Assembly (NCBI GenBank): GCA_035389185.1
Contig: DAOORK010000001.1
Location: 510,218 to 574,217 of the forward strand
DNA from: Candidatus Woesebacteria bacterium
GTDB taxonomy: Bacteria > Patescibacteriota > Microgenomatia > UBA1400 > MFAQ01
Direction: 5' to 3'
DNA: 64,000 nucleotides
Notes under the pieces: model-generated
The model's input: the letters and a program-made list of their open reading frames with translations, nothing else
Database searches by the model: none
What the model was told of the DNA's origin: nothing
Made by a program: the position numbers and the translations under genes
Shown: one piece after another, positions 20,101-26,257 of the stretch
Position numbering within the stretch: the first letter of the stretch is position 1
Layout of the letters: each line of letters begins with the position of its first letter

Positions 20101-22245
20101 CCAACTGGCGGTTCGATATCATACGCGGATGGATACACGACTCAGGCTTCAATAGTTCTGACTGTCGCAGATGGAAGTGACGACTCCGGAATTAATACAG
20201 CAACAAGAACTGTCCAGCGAAAATCGGCTACCCTGTCAAATGGAACGTGTGGATCTTATGGTGAATTTTCAACAGTAACTCCGAGTGGCACTTATCCAAG
20301 TCTTACAGATTCTTCAATTTCTTCCGGATATTGTTATCAGTATAAATATCTTGTTTCGGATACTATCGGTAATCAAGCAACTTACAACTCATCTAATACG
20401 GTGAAGGTAGACACCGGCGATCCTGGCGTTCCGGGAACACCATCAACGACCACACCAACTGATACAGCGACACAAGCCTGGACATGGACGGGAGTGACTG
20501 ATCCAATTTCGGGAGTTGCAAATTACTTTTGGAGAACAACGGGAAGTTCTATATTATCGGGATCAACGACTCTGGCTTCTCTGACAACCAGTTTTACCGA
20601 CGGTATTTACAACTTGTTTATTAGGGCAACGGACAATGCAGGTAACGAAGGTTCCGAAAGTGCGGCGGGGAGTTTGACTGTGGACACCCTGGCACCAACT
20701 ATTTCTTCGGTGTCTTCGGGAACTTCTTCAGTCGATGCCGCGACAATACAATGGACCACAAATGAAAACTCCTCATCTTTGGTGGAGTATGGAATATCAG
20801 GAAGTTATGGACAATCAACAGCGGAAGCAGATACTACAACAAGAGTGACTGATCACTCTGTTAATTTGGCAAGTTTGGTATCTTGTAACACCTATCACTA
20901 TCGAGTGAAATCGAAAGACGCTCTTGCTCATGAAGGTGTGAGCTCTGATTACACTTTTTCGACAACCGGTTGTCTGGGCTCCGCAACGATTGATTCCCAG
21001 AGTTCGGAACTGATTACGACCGCTTCCGGAGGAACTGCAAGCCTTACGAGTGGAAGTACCGGGGTTAGTTTGGAGATTCCGGCTGGTTTTGACAGTTCAG
21101 ACGCCTATTTCCAAATAGGAAAACTTAACAGCTCAATGGCACTGGGTTCTGCGGCCGCACCTTCTGGATTTCAGGCAATAAATTCGTACATATATGATCT
21201 AAAAGCTCTGACGAACATTTCAACTTTGGTAAGCAGTTTTGACCACAACATAAAAATTACAATCACCTATTCTGCATCCGATGTTGCCGGTATCGATGAG
21301 AGTAGTCTGAGAATATATACGTGGACCGGGTCTGCGTGGGAGGTACTTTCAAACTGCAGTGTTAACACAAGTGCGAAGACAGTTGCTTGCTACACCAGTC
21401 ATTTCAGTGTTTTTGGTCTATTTGGCGAAGAAACAGAAACGACTCAACAAACCACCACGACATCAACAGTAAGCAGTTCTTCGACTAACCCTTCGGTTTG
21501 TACCGATACTCAGCCTGGAGCTAAAGTACCCTGGCTCTATGGAGCAGTTGCCCAAAGTCCATCCAGTGTTCTACTATATTTCACCGAAGCAGATGACCCT
21601 GTTGATAAATATGTTTTGGAGTATGGAACGGAGCCAGGAGTATACCAGTACAGTTCACAGAATTTGGGGGTAAATCTTCGCGGACAAATGACATACTTGG
21701 TTGAGTCTCTTTCACCAAATACTGCTTATTATTTCCGAGTGAGAGCGGGAAACGGCTGTGCTTCCGGGGGATGGAGTAATGAGATTCAAACAAAAACTTT
21801 AGGCTTCTTTACGACAAACAACCTCGACCTGACTGACTCCAGCCTGGAAACGATCCCTGGTGATCCTTCTGATCTATCCGACCAAACAACTGAGGAAATT
21901 CAAGGATATGTTCTTAGTATTAAAGTAAAAGATGAGAAAGGAATTCCAGTGAAGGGAGCAAAAGTGACGATACACTCAGAGGTACAAACTGCTGTTACAG
22001 ATGAAAACGGTGTGGCTCAGTTTGAAAATGTGGAAGCCGGTAATCATGAAGTGACTATTGCTTATGTTGGTTATGAGGGAAAAGAAAATATTGATCTGAC
22101 GGCAGATTCCGCAACAAAAGAATTCAGTTTAAATGTAGTCATCCAAAGAAAAGAAGTGATGTTCCCGCCTTGGTCTACTTTGACCATCTGTGTTTTGGTG
22201 ATTGCCTTATTGGCGGTCATTTTTATGAAGGCCAAACATCGATAA
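17149..22245 (+). CDS. Large surface protein: DUF2341, LamG, metallophosphoesterase, lectin-like, FN3/Ig and carboxypeptidase-regulatory-like domains, C-terminal TM
   Basis: WLYRKAITID/IWVKVP/YLYYG; LDGNGDYV/WYHLTGV/FDGRI; SDVH, DLGD, GNHE, SHQP, GHLH; YYFRVRAGN. Confidence 0.85.
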   Translation: MNKSPMVQRAQTKIIKSIFVVLLGVLLTTSLFFYKVWFSAVSVWADSLTWNFSTTTDYTYNSAKISVVNGGAYLASPSGWYDSKWLYRKAITIDNTALGTVLSNYQIDVDLDSSNFDFSKAMANGEDIRITDADGVTVIPYYLEHFNNLNMITQGVENYAVVSGAAAWWQLSANANDSGENANNGTLAGNAAFLGSSLKLDGNGDYVSVADSASLDFNSSFTIELWARPDTLPASETTRQFIAKGGTGDGTGNDHNYYFGMGNADTGYGLTKGPGVVFGFEDSAGNNYQVVEYIQLNTGQWYHLTGVFDDTANTLSIYINGTLLKTLSSVTATPFTQNSSLLIGAKLTSAEFFDGRIREVRMFNSAISASQILADYQTTSQKAKIWVKVPSIPASSTKTIYLYYGLNSTTNLKAGLISDVHGFSDNGDKKGVQATDYLTDYINRMNNSFVPDVSVDLGDKITTVDQATDITDLTTVSGIFGNLTSPHYYTLGNHEVANLTKTQVKTALGIDYTRKSVDVGNYHIIVLDSQDTEQADPWGGALTEADKTWLTTELAATSKKTLVFSHQPLDTQNMALNQYFATSDDVFLANAADVRAILENDGDVIGVFSGHLHWINKSIINDIPYFSLGSLVEDYGKNWVEASIVGNQFLNIVFKQNGETERLMIWDFVNHIELNKPSTAFDFYDSFEGDSGQWAELTGLTGGNWSISGKGYLQETGTATGQHKILNSSYSEPANYIIEANIGLYGTTVGRTQLGGFASRITNSTNFDAIYMANDADDDIRWKQMDNTTWELIGQQATFTPDTYWHQLKMVKLGNQRIVYLDGAQQFDLTNADLADGTFGLWTYFDSIQYDNLKILPYVATEPTTSVGSEVLIYPNDDPTIVPVTPITFNSISSFTETATKNDGEIKYQISNDGGTTWYWYNSGWTTTVTGYAEANTATVINSNIGSFPEGDGSFLFRAYLHSDGTDLVTLDAVDLTYVLDVTAPTGGSISYADGYTTQASIVLTVADGSDDSGINTATRTVQRKSATLSNGTCGSYGEFSTVTPSGTYPSLTDSSISSGYCYQYKYLVSDTIGNQATYNSSNTVKVDTGDPGVPGTPSTTTPTDTATQAWTWTGVTDPISGVANYFWRTTGSSILSGSTTLASLTTSFTDGIYNLFIRATDNAGNEGSESAAGSLTVDTLAPTISSVSSGTSSVDAATIQWTTNENSSSLVEYGISGSYGQSTAEADTTTRVTDHSVNLASLVSCNTYHYRVKSKDALAHEGVSSDYTFSTTGCLGSATIDSQSSELITTASGGTASLTSGSTGVSLEIPAGFDSSDAYFQIGKLNSSMALGSAAAPSGFQAINSYIYDLKALTNISTLVSSFDHNIKITITYSASDVAGIDESSLRIYTWTGSAWEVLSNCSVNTSAKTVACYTSHFSVFGLFGEETETTQQTTTTSTVSSSSTNPSVCTDTQPGAKVPWLYGAVAQSPSSVLLYFTEADDPVDKYVLEYGTEPGVYQYSSQNLGVNLRGQMTYLVESLSPNTAYYFRVRAGNGCASGGWSNEIQTKTLGFFTTNNLDLTDSSLETIPGDPSDLSDQTTEEIQGYVLSIKVKDEKGIPVKGAKVTIHSEVQTAVTDENGVAQFENVEAGNHEVTIAYVGYEGKENIDLTADSATKEFSLNVVIQRKEVMFPPWSTLTICVLVIALLAVIFMKAKHR

Positions 22246-22325
22246 CTACGGACACAAAATTAGGAAAATTCCGTAATAAATAATTTAGTGCGGTGGGAAG
22301 GGAAATTCGTGATATGATATAGGCT

Positions 22326-22943
22326 ATGACATATTTTAATCGAGGAGGAGATAGTAGAAGCCAGTATTACAGCCCCAGAGAGGGAAGCAGTTTTGGATCA
22401 AGAGGCGGATCAGACAGAAAAGAGTTGTTTGACGCTGTGTGTGCCAAGTGTGGTGGAGTTGCCAAAGTTCCTTTTAGACCAAACGGCAGAAAAGATGTTT
22501 TCTGCAGTAAATGTTTTGGTGAGATGAATGGTGAAGAACCCCGCGGCGGAAACAGATTTGAGAGCAGGGGCAATGACAGAGGTTTTAATGACAGACCCAG
22601 ATATGATAAACCGATGTTTAACGCCATCTGTGACGAATGCGGTGACAACTGCCAAGTACCTTTTGAACCCAGAAATGGTAACCCCGTTTTGTGTAGCAAT
22701 TGTTTTGCCAAGAAAAGCGGTAAGGGAAACGATTCAAGATCTTTCTCACCAAAGTCTGCCGGTAATGTTGATCTCTCGGAAATAAACGCCAAACTGGATA
22801 AAATCATCAAAATGCTTTCCCCAGAAACTCCAAAAGATATCACGGAAAAGATTCTGAAGACCATTGAAGAGACAAGTGGAAAAGAAATTGTTCCCGCCAA
22901 GAAAAAGGCTAAGACAGCCAAAAAGAAAGTAGTCAAGGAATAA
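22326..22943 (+). CDS. CxxC-x17-CxxC domain protein (two copies)
   Basis: CAKCG..VPFRP..VFCSKCF and CDECG..VPFEP..VLCSNCF. Confidence 0.9.
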   Translation: MTYFNRGGDSRSQYYSPREGSSFGSRGGSDRKELFDAVCAKCGGVAKVPFRPNGRKDVFCSKCFGEMNGEEPRGGNRFESRGNDRGFNDRPRYDKPMFNAICDECGDNCQVPFEPRNGNPVLCSNCFAKKSGKGNDSRSFSPKSAGNVDLSEINAKLDKIIKMLSPETPKDITEKILKTIEETSGKEIVPAKKKAKTAKKKVVKE

Positions 22944-22961
22944 TCTTTAATTAATTAAAGC

Positions 22962-22989
22962 AAAAAGAGACTCAAAAGAGTCTCTTTTT
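22962..22989 (+). terminator. Intrinsic terminator (bidirectional)
   Basis: AAAAAGAGACTC-AAAA-GAGTCTCTTTTT. Confidence 0.85.
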
Positions 22990-22993
22990 GGAT

Positions 22994-23021
22994 AAAAAAA
23001 CCTGGGGGTTAGCCCAGGTTT
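22994..23021 (-). terminator. Intrinsic terminator overlapping the stop of 23009..23557
   Basis: Minus strand AAACCTGGG-CTAACC-CCCAGGTTTTTTT. Confidence 0.7.
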
Positions 23022-23557
23022 GGGGGTTGTCTGAGTGTGGAGGTGACGTAGTAATAGAGATTGTCTTGTCCGGTGAGAACGTGGACAATCAGGTCAGACC
23101 GATCACGATATTCATCGAAGGCGGCTTTTATTTCCCAGACGGCTGAAGCAATATTCGGAAAGATGGATTTCTTCACAGTGTTAGGTGTGAGTGTGCCAAG
23201 ATTGCAGAGGGGAAGTGCAATCTTGGAATAGCCGGCTTTCTTGGCGGCGATCAATCCCTTGAGAATCGGGGTGTGCAAGGGGGTGGACTCGTTCAGACGA
23301 AACGAAAAGATGACATCGCGGAACATAGTCTTTTGAGGCTGATCTTCTTGTTTTTTGACAATGAAGACCGACTGATTCTTGTGCCGTTTGGCCAGCATTT
23401 CGTTGAGCTGACGCAGATACTGTTCGCCACCCAAGGCAGTGAGCTGTTTGTCCGTGAAAGAGTCGACAGGATTATGGATATCACGGATGAGCAAGAGGGC
23501 ATCAACAGGATCTGTCCCAAAAAGATGATCACTTAAGAAACTGTTAAATACGGTCAT
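23009..23557 (-). CDS. Divergent macrodomain-like protein
   Basis: PVDALL..., LKGLIAAKKAGYSKIALP..GT resemble macro-domain motifs. Own promoter and GGAGG SD. Confidence 0.5.
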   Translation of the reverse strand: MTVFNSFLSDHLFGTDPVDALLLIRDIHNPVDSFTDKQLTALGGEQYLRQLNEMLAKRHKNQSVFIVKKQEDQPQKTMFRDVIFSFRLNESTPLHTPILKGLIAAKKAGYSKIALPLCNLGTLTPNTVKKSIFPNIASAVWEIKAAFDEYRDRSDLIVHVLTGQDNLYYYVTSTLRQPPNLG

Positions 23558-23641
23558 TATTACCTCCCAGTGAATGTACTATTTGATGTCGGAAGTATAT
23601 CAGAATTGAGGCCAAAAGTCAAGTTATGGGGTAGTTTTGAA

Positions 23642-23660
23642 CTGTGCCATTTGTTGTGGG
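23642..23660 (-). repeat. 19-bp imperfect direct repeat, copy 1
   Basis: ctgtgccatttgttgtggg; 17/19 identical to 24842..24860. Confidence 0.6.
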
Positions 23661-23700
23661 AGCAGACGAAAAGGAGGTTGGGTTTTGAAATAGACATGAA

Positions 23701-24561
23701 CTAAGTGAGGAGGTTGACGATTGCTACGGTCGAGGCAAGATCGACTAAAGATGAAAAAATGAGTTTTTTATCTAAGAGATAGTCTGTGTTATTTATTGAA
23801 TCAAGATTCCCAATGTATTTCTCAAAAGTTGATGAATATAAATAATTTATATCTTGATCAGGATTCTTAAATATTGAGGCTTGAAAGTCAGTGCGGACAA
23901 AACACATCAAATATTCACCGATGACGGCATGGAAGAAATCGTCTGAAACTGTTTTTGTTAGTGAAAATTCGATGTGATGAGCTTCTAGTTCGTCGGTATA
24001 TACGTTGGGGATTCGGTGATGGAACTTTTCTTGATTTATGACATGAGCTAGTTCGTGAATGAGCATCGAAACTTGCTGATTGTGATTTGTTTTTGGGATG
24101 AAAATGGAATAGCGACCTTCTTCTTTTGAATATTTATAGTCAGCACCGGAACCCGAGTCAGAGATAGTGATTTTGTCTTTCAGTTCGATCATCTCTGGAT
24201 ATTTTTGAGCGACAAAATCAAAAACACCATCGGGGTAACTAATATTGACTTCATCTAACTTGGATAAAAAGTGGGGAGTGTTGGAAGAAATTTCTAGACG
24301 AGCAGAAAAACTGGTAGCAAAGGCATCCCGATTAGACAAATATTTTTGCCAATGATCCTCGGGGATACGGAAAAAATTCTTTTGGAGTTCGAGATAATTT
24401 GAAAACCCTCTACTTACAGCAAGGTAATTTCTCGCACCGATAAGCTCTTGATATGCTAGAGACATCTCTTGGGTATCTCCTTTTCCTTGTGCTTGAAAAT
24501 ATTTTCCGAGAATTGTTTTTATTGTTTCTTGAATTTCCATTTTTTGTATAAGTGCTACCAC
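23701..24561 (-). CDS. HExxH zinc metallopeptidase, truncated M3-like
   Basis: ELIGARNYLAVSRGFSNY (M3-like helix), LIHELAH and a downstream E; start could instead be ATG 24540. Confidence 0.7.
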   Translation of the reverse strand: MVALIQKMEIQETIKTILGKYFQAQGKGDTQEMSLAYQELIGARNYLAVSRGFSNYLELQKNFFRIPEDHWQKYLSNRDAFATSFSARLEISSNTPHFLSKLDEVNISYPDGVFDFVAQKYPEMIELKDKITISDSGSGADYKYSKEEGRYSIFIPKTNHNQQVSMLIHELAHVINQEKFHHRIPNVYTDELEAHHIEFSLTKTVSDDFFHAVIGEYLMCFVRTDFQASIFKNPDQDINYLYSSTFEKYIGNLDSINNTDYLLDKKLIFSSLVDLASTVAIVNLLT

Positions 24562-24574
24562 AGCACATTATAGT

Positions 24575-24742
24575 CTAGCTGTCTTTTTCATCCGGAACAT
24601 TATCCGGATCTTGGCCGCAGTTTCCGCCGGCAGCGTAGCCACCGCTGTTGGCGCCTTCGATTGCAACGTTTGCTTCAACACATTCTTTTGGGGTGTCATG
24701 AACACCACCATTCATATCAATGTAATACTCATCTCCTGACAC
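24575..24742 (-). CDS. Unannotated 55-aa small protein MSGDEYYIDMNGGVHDTPKECVEANVAIEGANSGGYAAGGNCGQDPDNVPDEKDS
   Basis: Translated by hand: GTG at 24742, TAG at 24575-24577, AAAGGAG SD 6 nt upstream, TTGAGT-17-TATAAT promoter. Confidence 0.75.
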   Translation of the reverse strand: MSGDEYYIDMNGGVHDTPKECVEANVAIEGANSGGYAAGGNCGQDPDNVPDEKDS

Positions 24743-24784
24743 AGTTTTCTCCTTTTTCTGAACGTGCTGTGGTAGTGAGGCGTA

Positions 24785-24813
24785 TTATATCCTGTAGTAG
24801 TGAATTACTCAAA
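24785..24813 (-). promoter_or_regulatory. Sigma70 promoter of the 55-aa ORF
   Basis: Minus strand TTGAGT-aattcactactacagga-TATAAT. Confidence 0.7.
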
Positions 24814-24841
24814 TATTGCGGTAGAGATTTTCGGCCGTGGG

Positions 24842-24860
24842 CTGCGCTATTTGTTGTGGG
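24842..24860 (-). repeat. 19-bp imperfect direct repeat, copy 2
   Basis: ctgcgctatttgttgtggg. Confidence 0.6.
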
Positions 24861-24865
24861 CTTAT

Positions 24866-25252
24866 TTATTTTTCAAATTCAGCTTTTATTTGATTATCAA
24901 TATCTTTTAACGATTTTCTCATCTCTAGTTGAATATTTAATGAATAGTCTTTAAATTTTTCTTTATTTTTATTTTTTTCGTATAATGCTTTTTTAAATAC
25001 ATCAGAGACATTTTTTGGAAATCTGATTAGAAAATCACTAACAAGGTCACCCTCAAACTCATTATTTTCGAAAGAATCATATAGATTCTTTTCGTGTCTT
25101 TTGTATAATTTTAATAGTTCTTCTTTCTGGTTTTCTAGGTATCGAATTTTTTCTCTTTTCTTCCATCTTCTATGATCAATAAATATATTGATGATTGGAA
25201 ATACTGAAGCAATTGTTCCTCCGATTAACACAGCTAGTAAGTTTTCTGACAT
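24866..25252 (-). CDS. AT-rich hypothetical protein with N-terminal TM
   Basis: 128-aa ORF, LAVLIGGTIA TM, K/E-rich, visibly lower GC than core genes. Confidence 0.7.
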   Translation of the reverse strand: MSENLLAVLIGGTIASVFPIINIFIDHRRWKKREKIRYLENQKEELLKLYKRHEKNLYDSFENNEFEGDLVSDFLIRFPKNVSDVFKKALYEKNKNKEKFKDYSLNIQLEMRKSLKDIDNQIKAEFEK

Positions 25253-25327
25253 TGTCCTTGTTGAATTTGTTTGTTATTAATATTTTGTATGAATATTGAC
25301 CTTGATATTTTGTTTATGTTATATTTA

Positions 25328-25392
25328 AGGTGGTCGCGAGGTAATCGCGCCCATCGAAAGTGAGCCTAGCTAAAAATGCTTAGGCTCTTTTT
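25328..25392 (-). ncRNA. Putative DUF3800-associated structured RNA
   Basis: Hairpin GAGCCTA..TAGGCTC across the stop codon, then GC-rich GCGCGATTACCTCGCGACCACC in an AT-rich context. Confidence 0.55.
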
Positions 25393-26151
25393 CGTTATAT
25401 CTGGGAATATTTTTAACCCCCACCCGTCAATTTCTCCCGATGGGTTCTTAACAAGCTTTTGATAGCTAATTTCAGAATACCTCCAATAATCAGACCCCTT
25501 TTTGTTGTACTCGAGTACGTTAAATATTGGATAGCAATAGAGATCTGATATTTGTATACCAACAGTCTTGTCAGATTGTGAAAATAATAATTTCTCAATT
25601 ATATTTGGACAAGGCTTCCACAGAACACTATCTCTCCATCTCATACCCCTATGAATATTATCTAGTTCATTCCCGAGAAAGTGTTTTTCTACCTGTCCTT
25701 CTCTAGGATCGATAATTGAAATTCCAAGCGATCTTTGCGTTGTTAAAAATTTTTGAAACCTTTCGAGGAGAAATACATAAGCTACTTCGTATGGATTTTG
25801 AGAAGGATATTGTTGCCAATATTGTTCTTTATCAATGGCGACGGCATATAAACTGACAGGCATTTCCTTCAATAATTTTGTTATTTCGTCTTCTAGTTCA
25901 TTGTATTTCTCTCTTAAATTTAGTTTTAAAGGTGATGACTCTGACAGATCTGGATTAGCATATCGTAAAAAGTTTGATTTAATTTCTATTTCTGGATCTT
26001 GATAATATTTCTGTTTGATGGCTCGCAATTTTTCTTCAGCTGGTCTTATTTGATCTTCGCTAAAAATGGCTCCCGATAATACAAGAAATTTAGACCCTCC
26101 TTGCGAGAGCGGGGTCGTGTCTCCAGATTCATCAATATACATGATATGCAT
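25366..26151 (-). CDS. DUF3800 domain protein (RNase H-like fold)
   Basis: MYIDESG N-terminus, EIKS, FLLERF, GIQISDL, GWGLKIFP. Confidence 0.9.
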   Translation of the reverse strand: MHIMYIDESGDTTPLSQGGSKFLVLSGAIFSEDQIRPAEEKLRAIKQKYYQDPEIEIKSNFLRYANPDLSESSPLKLNLREKYNELEDEITKLLKEMPVSLYAVAIDKEQYWQQYPSQNPYEVAYVFLLERFQKFLTTQRSLGISIIDPREGQVEKHFLGNELDNIHRGMRWRDSVLWKPCPNIIEKLLFSQSDKTVGIQISDLYCYPIFNVLEYNKKGSDYWRYSEISYQKLVKNPSGEIDGWGLKIFPDITKKSLSIFS

Positions 26152-26257
26152 AATGTCAGCTCAATAACAAAAGTAATATTTGTTATGTTTACTGCCACCA
26201 TCGTAGTGTTATAAATCAAATTATTCAAGGGGTAGAAATTACGGGGTTTGTACGGCC

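Noticed and set aside
24820-24865. Complete integron attC site
   Set aside because: No complementary GTTRRRY arm or integrase found; kept only as a direct repeat.
24661-24954. 97-aa plus-strand ORF
   Set aside because: No expression signals; overlaps the better-supported minus-strand small ORF and 128-aa gene.
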